NCBI GenBank assembly: GCA_041082155.1
Contig: JBDOIB010000155.1
Span: 1-37,620, forward strand
Reading direction: 5' to 3'
Source: Thermodesulfobacteriota bacterium
GTDB taxonomy: Bacteria > Desulfobacterota > BSN033 > UBA1163
Length of the DNA stretch: 37,620 nucleotides
Made by a program: the position numbers and the translations under genes. Under the pieces are notes generated by a model. It saw only the letters and a program-made list of their open reading frames with translations. It did no database searches and was not told the origin of the DNA. Shown here piece by piece: positions 10,522 through 19,452 of this stretch (position 1 is the first letter of the stretch; every line of letters begins with the position of its first letter).

Positions 10522-11262
10522 TTAAAGATACGTTTTGTCTCTTGGTTCCCAGAATTCATCTGCCTGTTCCGGTTCGATCTCTCTTTCGTTATAAAGTTTT
10601 TTAAGTGTCTCCTCATCGGTATCCATCAGTTCCCTGAGCATCTGTTCATACTTCCCCCGGCGAACCTCTTCCACCATCTCGGCCAGATGTTCAGCCTTAG
10701 GAAGAATATATTTCCCGTAAAGTCGTCTTCCCAGGATTGCTACATTATACTGGCAGATCTCCGCAGGGCATCGAGCTGTGCAGAGTCCACACATGACACA
10801 GTCAAATGAGAGTTCGGCCAATCGAGCAATATCTCCCCTCATCGCCGCAGCGATGTAATCCATCACCTCGATATCCATTGGACAGGATTTCGTGCATGTA
10901 TTACATTGGAGACATCTCAGAACCTCAGGATAGTATTTTACGATGGTTTCGATCGAAGGCTTGATCTTTTCTATATCATACACACTTTTTGTCGCTGGAA
11001 AGAAAGGAATTTGAGCGAGATACATATTGGGTTGGACCACGGTCTGACAGGCCAATCCCACTTCGATTTTATAGCTTCCTGGGAATCGGTAAACAGTGCC
11101 ACAGGCTCCACAGATCCCTCCACGACAGCCACAGCCTCGAATCAATTGATATCCCGCATATTCCATCGCCTTTTGAATGGTCAGGGAAGAAGGAACTTCA
11201 TATCGCTTTCCCATGATAAATATGGGTACTAACTCTTCCTTTTTCGCTCCCTGTTCTTCCAT
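10522..11262 (-). CDS. FrdB/SdhB-like iron-sulfur protein ([2Fe-2S] plus 2x[4Fe-4S])
   Basis: GCGCRGGICGAC...LACQ, then CLQCNTCTKSCP and CVMCGLCTARCP; adjacent to the flavoprotein. Confidence 0.85.
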   Translation of the reverse strand: MEEQGAKKEELVPIFIMGKRYEVPSSLTIQKAMEYAGYQLIRGCGCRGGICGACGTVYRFPGSYKIEVGLACQTVVQPNMYLAQIPFFPATKSVYDIEKIKPSIETIVKYYPEVLRCLQCNTCTKSCPMDIEVMDYIAAAMRGDIARLAELSFDCVMCGLCTARCPAEICQYNVAILGRRLYGKYILPKAEHLAEMVEEVRRGKYEQMLRELMDTDEETLKKLYNEREIEPEQADEFWEPRDKTYL

Positions 11263-11319
11263 AGATCCCTCCCGCTTTTTACATAAAGCATAGGATTTAA
11301 AAATAGTCCTTTACATCAT

Positions 11320-12465
11320 TTAGATGGCCCCGGATTCGAGTTTGAGTTCATCTTCTTTGAAGGTGGCCACGGGGGGTGTTTCGTGGGGATCTCGTCCGGG
11401 CACGTAGTCGAACATCTTCTGGATCTTTTCTCCTACGCTTCGGAAGAGGATGGCGACTGGGAGCCGGCTTGGGCAGGCGCTTTCGCAGAGTCCGCATCCG
11501 ATGCAGGAGGTGACCATGTGGGACATCCGGATCAGGTGGAAGATGAGGGTATCGGTGGGCATGCGGATGGCTCCTTTGCGCTCGGCCCATCTTAAGAATT
11601 GATCCCCGTCGTGTTCGAAAACGGCGGTTCGAAAAACGCACTCCTTGCAGTAGCAGATCGGGCAGGCCACCATACAATTATGACATCGGATACAGGTGGA
11701 AAAAAGATCCAGAAAGGATCCCAACCCCTTGAGTTTCCCCCTGAACTCTTCAAAGGTTTCGTCCCTCTTTTTTATTCTTTTTCCTATCACCTTCCGAAGC
11801 ACTTCGTCTCTCTCTTTAGATCTTTCTGCTTCTTGCAGCCTCACCCCCTTTTCCTCCATCTCCTTTTCCAACCTCTCTTCAATCTCCAGTCCGATCTCTC
11901 TGTCTGTGGGATGGCCGTAGAGCTGGATCCAGAGGTCTGCTCGGGTGATGGGATACTCACAGATCTCGCAGGCCTTGCGAAAAGAGTAGCCCTCTGGGGC
12001 TGTCTCCTCCCCTTTCTCCATCCCTTTGAGGAGCTCTTGGAGAATCCCGTCACCTTTGCCTTCCTCCACCATCTTTGTATAATCATTTACTTCAAAAGTC
12101 CCGGGGCAGTCAATGCCGATGAGGAAGAGAGGATCCAGTTTCACCTGAAGGAACTTCGACAGTTCCACCATTGCCCGAATCTCGCAGGCCTTGAGGACCA
12201 GGGCGACCTTTTTGCTTAGGTTCTTGACCGAGAGATAGGAGGCCACCCTCGCGGACTGCACCGGCATGGTGGGAGAAAGCACGCAGAGCCCTTCCATCTT
12301 CTCAGGATCACGAACCAATGTCTGCACACTCCCCTGGCCCGAAGGAAGCCTCTTCGGCACAAGCACAGCCTCCACCACCCCTTTTTCCAAAAAGCTTCTC
12401 AGTAACCCTTGAAGGGCCTCCTCTCTCTTCCCTTCAGAAACCTTCAGCACCGCCTGCTTCGCCAT
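11320..12465 (-). CDS. FdhB/FrhB-family (F420 hydrogenase/dehydrogenase beta-like) iron-sulfur protein
   Basis: LKACEIRA, IGIDCPG, RKACEIC, CIRCHNCMVACPICYCKEC, CIGCGLCESACP; start moved to MAKQ (12465) on SD evidence. Confidence 0.8.
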   Translation of the reverse strand: MAKQAVLKVSEGKREEALQGLLRSFLEKGVVEAVLVPKRLPSGQGSVQTLVRDPEKMEGLCVLSPTMPVQSARVASYLSVKNLSKKVALVLKACEIRAMVELSKFLQVKLDPLFLIGIDCPGTFEVNDYTKMVEEGKGDGILQELLKGMEKGEETAPEGYSFRKACEICEYPITRADLWIQLYGHPTDREIGLEIEERLEKEMEEKGVRLQEAERSKERDEVLRKVIGKRIKKRDETFEEFRGKLKGLGSFLDLFSTCIRCHNCMVACPICYCKECVFRTAVFEHDGDQFLRWAERKGAIRMPTDTLIFHLIRMSHMVTSCIGCGLCESACPSRLPVAILFRSVGEKIQKMFDYVPGRDPHETPPVATFKEDELKLESGAI

Positions 12466-12494
12466 CTTCTCTCCTTCTCCTTTCTTTTTCTCTC

Positions 12495-12917
12495 TCAGGC
12501 ATTCCACAGCTGTCGCATGGGATTGGGTCCCATCTTCTTTAGCTCCTCCACCATCCGGGTCACTGTATCTGCAAACAGCTTCCCCTCACTGGCACTGATC
12601 CACCTCAGCCAGATCCGATCCTCGCTAAAACCCAGCTCCTTGAGAATCCCCTTGAGGATCGCCACTCTCCTTCGAGCCTTGAAGTTCCCGGTCTGATAAT
12701 GGCAGTCTCCGGGATGACATCCTCCGATCAACACCCCATCGGCTCCGTCAATCAGCGCCTTGAGCACATAGATCGAGTCCACCGCTCCGGAGCACATCAA
12801 ATGAATGATTCGAATATTCGGGGGATACTGCTGGCGAGTCGTTCCCGCTAAATCCGCCCCTGTATAGGTACACCAGTGACAAAGAAATGCAATAATCCGA
12901 GGCTCAAACTCTGCCAT
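12495..12917 (-). CDS. mvhD: MvhD/FlxD-family [2Fe-2S] adaptor subunit
   Basis: FLCHWCTYTGADLAG, LMCSG, GADGVLIGGCHPGDCHY, WISASEG. Confidence 0.93.
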   Translation of the reverse strand: MAEFEPRIIAFLCHWCTYTGADLAGTTRQQYPPNIRIIHLMCSGAVDSIYVLKALIDGADGVLIGGCHPGDCHYQTGNFKARRRVAILKGILKELGFSEDRIWLRWISASEGKLFADTVTRMVEELKKMGPNPMRQLWNA

Positions 12918-12945
12918 ACCGACCTCCTTCCCTCCCTCTGCCTGA

Positions 12946-15900
12946 CTAATCGATGGCTGAATCGAGAACCACCAGATTCAGACCCTTCTCAAAGTTCTGC
13001 TGCTGGGAGGCAGCATTGCGACAGGCCACCACACAGCTGCCACATCCCTCACAAAGCGCCTCCCTTACCTCCGCCTTCCCCTCCTCATTGAGCACCCTCG
13101 CCCCATAAGGACAAACCGTGACACAGAGACCACACCCACAGCACAACCTCGAAATCACATAGGCCCGATAGGGTTTCTCCTCTCGCCTTCCCTTCGAAAG
13201 AATCGCCCCGGCTCGGGCTGCCACGGCATTGCCCTGAGAGATGACCTCCTCCATCAAATTGGGCGAATGACATAACCCACAAAAGAACTTCCCCCGCTCC
13301 AGGGCATCCAGAGGCGCCGCCTTCGGATTGGGCTCCTTAAAAAACCCATCCGCATTGAGCTCCAACCCAAACATCTCTGCAAGCGCCCGATGATCATTTG
13401 GCTCAATCCCTGTGCTCAGAATCAATCGATCCGCAGGAAGATCCACCCGAGCCCTCAGGGCTGGATCAAACACCGAAACCCAAAGCCTTCCATCCTCCCT
13501 CATGACCTTGGGCTTCTCCTCCGGCTCATACCGAATAAAGATGACCCCCTTCTCTCTGGCCTCATGATAATAACTCTCATAAAACCCATAGGTCCTCACA
13601 TCCCGATAAAGCACATAGACCCTCACCTGCGGCCTCCACTGCTTCAGCCGAAGGGCATTCTTGACCGCATGAGCACAACAGATGCGACTGCAATAGGGAT
13701 GCTCCTCATCCCTCGAGCCCACACACTGAATCATCACGACCGAGCGGAGATCCCCGAGACTCTCCTTCTCGAAATGAAGCGCCCTCTCCAACTCTCGCTG
13801 GGTCATCACCCGCGAATCCTCCCCATAGAGATACTCCTTCGGCCTTATCTCTCTGCCACCGGTGGCCAGGATGAGGACTCCATGATCCACCACCTGCTCC
13901 CCTTCCACACTCCTCAGCCTTGTCCGATACCCCCCATCCCTCCTCTCGCTTCCTATGACCTCTGACCCTAAAAAGAGATGGATCAAGGGATGGGTAGTGA
14001 GCCTCTGGATAAGCTCCTCAAGGAATCGCTGGGGATCCCCTCCCCTTATCGTATAATAAGACCTTCTCGCATTGCCCCCTAACTCCTTCTCCCTCTCCAC
14101 CAGAAAGACCTCACAGCCCTGCTCCGCTAACCGAAGGGAGGCCGTCATCCCAGCCACCCCTCCTCCAACCACCAAACCCTTCCTCTCAACCGGATGAGAC
14201 CCCCTCCGAAGAGGCTGAATCCTCCTGGCCCGCTCCACCGCCATCCGAATCAATACAAAAGCCTTCTCCGTGGCCTCCCGCACAAGCCCCGGATGAACCA
14301 ACGCACACTGCTCCCCAATATTTGCATACTCGATCAGATAAGGATTAAACCCCATCCCCCTGGCCATCTCCTCCATCCTCTTGCGAACCTCCTTCAAAGA
14401 ACAACCCGCTATCACCAGCCGATTCAAACCCTCCTCCCCCATCTTTACCTTTATCGGATGAAGATCCTCAGAGAGATGGACTCTCTCGAGCTCTCCCACA
14501 TAAACCACCTCTCGAAGCCCCTTGACCCTCTCAGTCAACTCCTCCATCAAAAGATTCTTCCTCAACTCCTCTCCTCGATGGCAGATAAAGACCCCTATCC
14601 TCGGAATCTCCTCTCCCAGAGCCCCTTCCACAGGATACTCCCGCTCCCCCACGGAAGACACAGAAGAAAGAAAAGAGGCTGCCATCGCCGCCGCACTGGA
14701 ACCCTCCACCACCGTCTCCGGAATATCCCGAGGAGCCCGAAAAGCACCCCCAACGAAAATCCCCCTCACCGAAGTCTCCGCAGGACGAAACTCCTCCGTC
14801 TCACAAAAGCCCGAAACATTCAACCTCACCCCTAACCGCTCGGCCAACTCCCGAACCCCCTGAGGAGGAGTAAATCCCACCGAAAGCACCACCACATCAA
14901 ACTCCCTCTCCTCAAACGACCCATCCTCCTTCACATAGGTGATCAAAAGATTCTTCGACTGCTGAAGTTCCTTGATCGAAGAGACCGCACTCCGGATATA
15001 CTCAATCCCATACTGCCTCCTCGCCCTCTCATAATAACGCTCATAATCCTTCCCCATCGGACGAATATCCATATAAAACAGAGCCACCCGAAGATCAGGC
15101 GCCCGATCCTTCGCAATCATCGCCTGCTTGGTCGCATACATACAACAGATCGTCGAACAGTGGGGCTGACCCGAAGAAGGATCCCTCGAACCCACACACT
15201 GAATAAAAGCCACCCTCCCAATCCTCCTGCCATCCGAAGGACGAACCGGATAGCCCCCCGTCGGAGAAGAGGTCGAAAGAAGCCTCTCAAACTGAATACT
15301 CGTCATCACATTCCGATACCGACCAAACCCATACTCCCCCTTCCTGGCCGCCCAAAAGGGCTCAAACCCGAATCCCAACAGAATCGCCCCCACCTGAAGG
15401 AGCTCCTCCTCCCCCCTCATCTCCAAATCAATCGCCCCAGGCCCACACACCCTCACACACTCCCCACACCGAATACAACTCTTAGGATCAATCACCAGAG
15501 CATGAGGAATCGCCTGAGCAAATGGTAAATAGATCGCCTTGCGCCTCTCCAACCCTCCCCCAAACTCCCTCTCCACCTCCACCGGACAGACCTCCAGACA
15601 GGCCCCACAAAACGTACAACGCCCCGGATCCACAAACCGAGGCTTGTGAAACACCTTGACCCTAAAATCTCCCCCTCCTCCCTCCACCTCCCTTAACTCA
15701 CAATAAGGAAGAAGCTCTATGTTCTCATGAAGATGACTCTCATAAATCGGACAAAACGCAGGAGGCAGGGGACTCAAAAAACAGACCCCACAGGAATTCG
15801 TCGGAAACGTCCTGTCCAACAACGGAAAATACCCCCCAATCGCAGGCGCCTGATCCAAGAGAAACACCCTTCTGCCCATCTCCCCCAACAGAAGAGCAGC

Positions 15901-15957
15901 CTGCATCCCCGAAATCCCAGCACCCACCACTAAAACCGAACCCCTATCTCCCTTCAT
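12946..15957 (-). CDS. hdrA: Large HdrA-family flavoprotein with two fused HdrA FAD modules (1003 aa)
   Basis: Two GxGxxG FAD motifs (GAGISG, GGGVAG), two FIQC/MIQC-VGSRD...CSxICC motifs, an inserted ferredoxin domain in the first half and a C-terminal ferredoxin domain. Confidence 0.92.
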   Translation of the reverse strand: MKGDRGSVLVVGAGISGMQAALLLGEMGRRVFLLDQAPAIGGYFPLLDRTFPTNSCGVCFLSPLPPAFCPIYESHLHENIELLPYCELREVEGGGGDFRVKVFHKPRFVDPGRCTFCGACLEVCPVEVEREFGGGLERRKAIYLPFAQAIPHALVIDPKSCIRCGECVRVCGPGAIDLEMRGEEELLQVGAILLGFGFEPFWAARKGEYGFGRYRNVMTSIQFERLLSTSSPTGGYPVRPSDGRRIGRVAFIQCVGSRDPSSGQPHCSTICCMYATKQAMIAKDRAPDLRVALFYMDIRPMGKDYERYYERARRQYGIEYIRSAVSSIKELQQSKNLLITYVKEDGSFEEREFDVVVLSVGFTPPQGVRELAERLGVRLNVSGFCETEEFRPAETSVRGIFVGGAFRAPRDIPETVVEGSSAAAMAASFLSSVSSVGEREYPVEGALGEEIPRIGVFICHRGEELRKNLLMEELTERVKGLREVVYVGELERVHLSEDLHPIKVKMGEEGLNRLVIAGCSLKEVRKRMEEMARGMGFNPYLIEYANIGEQCALVHPGLVREATEKAFVLIRMAVERARRIQPLRRGSHPVERKGLVVGGGVAGMTASLRLAEQGCEVFLVEREKELGGNARRSYYTIRGGDPQRFLEELIQRLTTHPLIHLFLGSEVIGSERRDGGYRTRLRSVEGEQVVDHGVLILATGGREIRPKEYLYGEDSRVMTQRELERALHFEKESLGDLRSVVMIQCVGSRDEEHPYCSRICCAHAVKNALRLKQWRPQVRVYVLYRDVRTYGFYESYYHEAREKGVIFIRYEPEEKPKVMREDGRLWVSVFDPALRARVDLPADRLILSTGIEPNDHRALAEMFGLELNADGFFKEPNPKAAPLDALERGKFFCGLCHSPNLMEEVISQGNAVAARAGAILSKGRREEKPYRAYVISRLCCGCGLCVTVCPYGARVLNEEGKAEVREALCEGCGSCVVACRNAASQQQNFEKGLNLVVLDSAID

Positions 15958-15987
15958 CTCCTCACTACTCCATTTTTAAAATAAACC

Positions 15988-16833
15988 TCACTCCAACCCC
16001 AAAGACTCCAACAGAGGCCGAGGAGAAATCAAATGCTTCCCCCACCACCTCTGCCTCTCTCCCACCTCAAAGGCCAACCCCATCAACTCCGTAAAATAAA
16101 AGACCGGAAGCCCCAACTGCTGCCTCATCTCCAAATTCATCTGACATAACCCACAGGAGGTCACAATCGCCTGAGCCCCCGCCTCCAGAGCCATCGACAC
16201 AATCCTACCCACCATCTGCCTCACAATCGACCCATAGGTCATCGCTAAATCCGCCCCACAACAGTCCACCTTATAAGACCACTCCACCGGCTGCGCCCCA
16301 AGCATCCTCATCAACCGCTCCATCACCTGAGGATTCTCCGCATCATCAAACCCCGTCACCTTCGGATGACGAACCAACGCACACCCATAATAACACGCCA
16401 CCCTCAACCCCCGAAGAGGCCTCCTCACCCTCTCCCCAACCCTCTCCAAACCCACCCGATTCACCACCACATCCAAGAGTGCCAAAATCTCCAACGAAGG
16501 ATCATACCGAAAACCCACAATCTCCTCCACCACCCTCCGATCCCTCTCATCCCTCCTGAGCACATACTCCGTCCTCTTCAAATTACTAAAACACCCCGCA
16601 CACGGAACCACTAACCAAGATAACCCCGACCCCAAAGCCTTCGCTATCACCCGCGCAGGAAGACAAAGAGATAAAAGACGATTCAAACTATGGGTGGCCG
16701 CAGCCCCACAACAGTTCCAATCCTCCACCTCCACTAACTCCACCCCCAAAACCCTCAACACCTCCTCCGCCGATAACCCATACTCCATCGACGAAGAACG
16801 ATCCGTACAACCCGGAAAATACGACACCCTCAT
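15988..16833 (-). CDS. hdrB: Heterodisulfide reductase subunit B (copy 2)
   Basis: Two CCG domains: YFPGC/WNCCGA/PCAGC and YYGC/DCCGA/SCGLC; start MRVSY with GGAGG SD. Confidence 0.93.
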   Translation of the reverse strand: MRVSYFPGCTDRSSSMEYGLSAEEVLRVLGVELVEVEDWNCCGAAATHSLNRLLSLCLPARVIAKALGSGLSWLVVPCAGCFSNLKRTEYVLRRDERDRRVVEEIVGFRYDPSLEILALLDVVVNRVGLERVGERVRRPLRGLRVACYYGCALVRHPKVTGFDDAENPQVMERLMRMLGAQPVEWSYKVDCCGADLAMTYGSIVRQMVGRIVSMALEAGAQAIVTSCGLCQMNLEMRQQLGLPVFYFTELMGLAFEVGERQRWWGKHLISPRPLLESLGLE

Positions 16834-16872
16834 CCCAAACCTCCAAACCACCTAAATAAAATAAACCCCACT

Positions 16873-17454
16873 CTACTCTCCCTTCCTACACCTTTCAAAA
16901 ATCCTCCGAATCTCCTGCCTCCCCCTCACCACACTGGGAAACAATGGAAACTTCCCCTTAAAAAAAAGCCTCAACCCCGAACCCAACGACTCCCTCATCA
17001 AATCCCTACTCCTGAGCACATAATCCATCAACATCGTCACCTCATGAACCCTCCCACCCCTCCTCACACTCTCCATAAACGCCTCATGCAACAGATGAAT
17101 CCTCCTCTCCCTCACCTCCACCCCCTCCTCCAACGCCATCTCCCTAAGCGCATCCATCAACACCCCCACATGAATCTCATTCGGACACCGAGTCCCACAC
17201 GTCTGACAATACACACAAAACCATATCGCCCCACTCCCCAATACCTCCTGCCTCCTCCCCATCTGAATCATCCGAATCAACTGATTCGGCTTAATATCCA
17301 TATACGGAGCCGTCGGACATCCCGCCGTACACTTCATACACTGATAACATAACTCCAACCGCTCCCCACTCCTCCGCCGAACCTCCTCCAAAAAAGAACC
17401 ACCCAACTCCCCCATCCCTAAACCAACCTCCATCCTTCCCTCCATCATCTCCAT
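16873..17454 (-). CDS. hdrC: Heterodisulfide reductase subunit C (copy 2)
   Basis: CYQCMKCTAGCP and WFCVYCQTCGTRCP; upstream of hdrB; exact start uncertain. Confidence 0.9.
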   Translation of the reverse strand: MEMMEGRMEVGLGMGELGGSFLEEVRRRSGERLELCYQCMKCTAGCPTAPYMDIKPNQLIRMIQMGRRQEVLGSGAIWFCVYCQTCGTRCPNEIHVGVLMDALREMALEEGVEVRERRIHLLHEAFMESVRRGGRVHEVTMLMDYVLRSRDLMRESLGSGLRLFFKGKFPLFPSVVRGRQEIRRIFERCRKGE

Positions 17455-17469
17455 CCTCCAATAAGGCTT

Positions 17470-19419
17470 TTATATAAAGGTGTCAACCATTCGAAGGGTC
17501 TGAACCGATGATGAATTTCGTAGTTCACATGCAAAATTAGGACATGCAGCAATACAGGCCCCGCATCCTTGACAGAGGGCACCATGAACGATGGAGACTC
17601 CCCGTCGATAGTCCATCTCCCTTGCCTCATAGGGGCAAATTTCAACACAAATCCCACAACCACTGCAAATGGTTTCATCCACAAAGGCAATGAGCGGATC
17701 CTGAAAAAGTTTGTCCGTCGAAAGAAGGGCCTGGATCTTGCTGGCTGTGGCCGATGCCTGGGAGACGGTATCTGTAATATCTTTGGGACCTTGCCCACAT
17801 CCTGCCAGATAGATTCCTTTGGTCGAACTCTCCACGGGATAGAGTTTAATATGGGCTTCAGTCAAAAAACCATGTTTATCTACAGTGGCTCTTAATTTGG
17901 CCGCAAGCTCCTTCACTCCCTCAGAGGGAACGATCGCTGTAGCCAGAACCACCAGATCTGCACCAATCTCTATCCCTTTTCCAGTCAGGGTATCCACCCC
18001 CCAAACCTTAACCTTTCCATCCTCTTGAAAAACCCTTGACACCCGCCCCCTGAGGTAAAGAATTCCATTCTCTTCAATCGTCTTCTGAAGAAACTCCTCA
18101 TAACCCTTTCCATCCGAACGAATATCCATATAGAAGACATAGGGTTGACCATCCGGAACCTGTTCTTTGTACATCTTTGCCTGTTTTGCAGTATACATGC
18201 AACAGATTCTTGAACAATAAGGCATATAACGATCAGGATCTCTGGAGGCCACGCATTGAATAAAAACCATCTCCTTTGGAACCCTTCCATCAGAAGGACG
18301 GATGATTTTCCCTCGGGTAGGCCCATCAGGAGACAGCATCCGTTCAAAGGTCAGTCCATCGATGACGTCAGGAATCTCCCCATATCCATATTCTCCTAAC
18401 TTTTCGGTTGGGAAAAGGTCAAACCCGGTCGCTACGACAATGGCTCCAACCTTTTTTTGGATTCTTTCCTCGTTTTGATCAAATTGAATCGCTTTCCTTG
18501 GACAAACCTCTTCACACCTTCTACAGGTTTGATCCCTAAAGTATCGGCATTGAACCGGTGTAATCACAACCCGGTGAGGAATACAATGAGGATAGAGAAA
18601 ATCGATGGCCTTTCTTACTCCCAAACCTCTTTCAAAAGAAGAAGGGTACTCCATTGGACAGACTTCGATACAAAGGCCACACCCATCGCACTTGCTCCAA
18701 TCCACATAGGAGGCTTTCCTTCGCAATATGATCTCAAAATTTCCTATATATCCCTTTACCTCTTCCAGCTCTGAGTTATAAAAAACTTCAATCCTTGGAT
18801 GACGTTCTATCTCTGAGGCCTTAGCCAAAAGATTAGGAAGAGCTGGAGAAAGATCGGGAAAGGTTTTTGAGAGCTGGGCCATATGCCCCCCCAAGGCCGG
18901 TCCTTTCTCAACCAGAATAACTTCGTACCCTCCCTGGGCGAGATCGAGGGAGGCTGTCATTCCCGCAATGCCTCCTCCAATCACCAAAACATTTCTGTGA
19001 ATGCTCATCGCTAAGGGTTCGAGTTCTTCATTTCTTTTCACTTTCTCTAAAGTGGCCTTTATGATTTCTTGTGCCTTCCGGGTAGCTTCTTCCTTCTCTT
19101 TTTGATGAACCCAGCTACACTGCTCCCGAATATTAGCAATCTCACAGAGATAGGGGTTCATCCCTGCGGCCTTCACTGCCTTGCGAAAGGTATTTTCATG
19201 CATACTCGGCGAGCAACAGGCAACCACCACTCCCTCTAACTGCTTCTCCTGAATGGCCTCTCGGATAAGTTGTTGTCCGGGTTCTGAACACATATAGATA
19301 TAGTCGACACTATGAGAGACCTCCTCGATTTTGCCAATCTCTTCGGCCACTTTTTTCACATCTACTGTGCCCGCAATATTTACTCCACAGTGACAGATAA
19401 AAACTCCCAATCTCTTCAT
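17470..19419 (-). CDS. hdrA: Heterodisulfide reductase subunit A, full-length type (649 aa)
   Basis: GVFICHCG N-terminal domain, ACCSP, NIREQCSWVH, GGGIAG, inserted ferredoxin, FIQC...YCSRICC, C-terminal 2x[4Fe-4S]. Confidence 0.95.
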   Translation of the reverse strand: MKRLGVFICHCGVNIAGTVDVKKVAEEIGKIEEVSHSVDYIYMCSEPGQQLIREAIQEKQLEGVVVACCSPSMHENTFRKAVKAAGMNPYLCEIANIREQCSWVHQKEKEEATRKAQEIIKATLEKVKRNEELEPLAMSIHRNVLVIGGGIAGMTASLDLAQGGYEVILVEKGPALGGHMAQLSKTFPDLSPALPNLLAKASEIERHPRIEVFYNSELEEVKGYIGNFEIILRRKASYVDWSKCDGCGLCIEVCPMEYPSSFERGLGVRKAIDFLYPHCIPHRVVITPVQCRYFRDQTCRRCEEVCPRKAIQFDQNEERIQKKVGAIVVATGFDLFPTEKLGEYGYGEIPDVIDGLTFERMLSPDGPTRGKIIRPSDGRVPKEMVFIQCVASRDPDRYMPYCSRICCMYTAKQAKMYKEQVPDGQPYVFYMDIRSDGKGYEEFLQKTIEENGILYLRGRVSRVFQEDGKVKVWGVDTLTGKGIEIGADLVVLATAIVPSEGVKELAAKLRATVDKHGFLTEAHIKLYPVESSTKGIYLAGCGQGPKDITDTVSQASATASKIQALLSTDKLFQDPLIAFVDETICSGCGICVEICPYEAREMDYRRGVSIVHGALCQGCGACIAACPNFACELRNSSSVQTLRMVDTFI

Positions 19420-19452
19420 AAGTGGCTGTCTTACTTTATCTCTTTCTTCTCT

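Noticed and set aside
13390-17352. Series of Pro/His/Gln-rich plus-strand ORFs
   Set aside because: Antisense to hdr genes; the T/G-depleted plus strand simply has few stop codons.
13300-17460. Diversity-generating retroelement as the cause of coding-strand adenine depletion
   Set aside because: No reverse transcriptase or TR/VR pair is visible, the tract spans kilobases, and cytosine is depleted as well.
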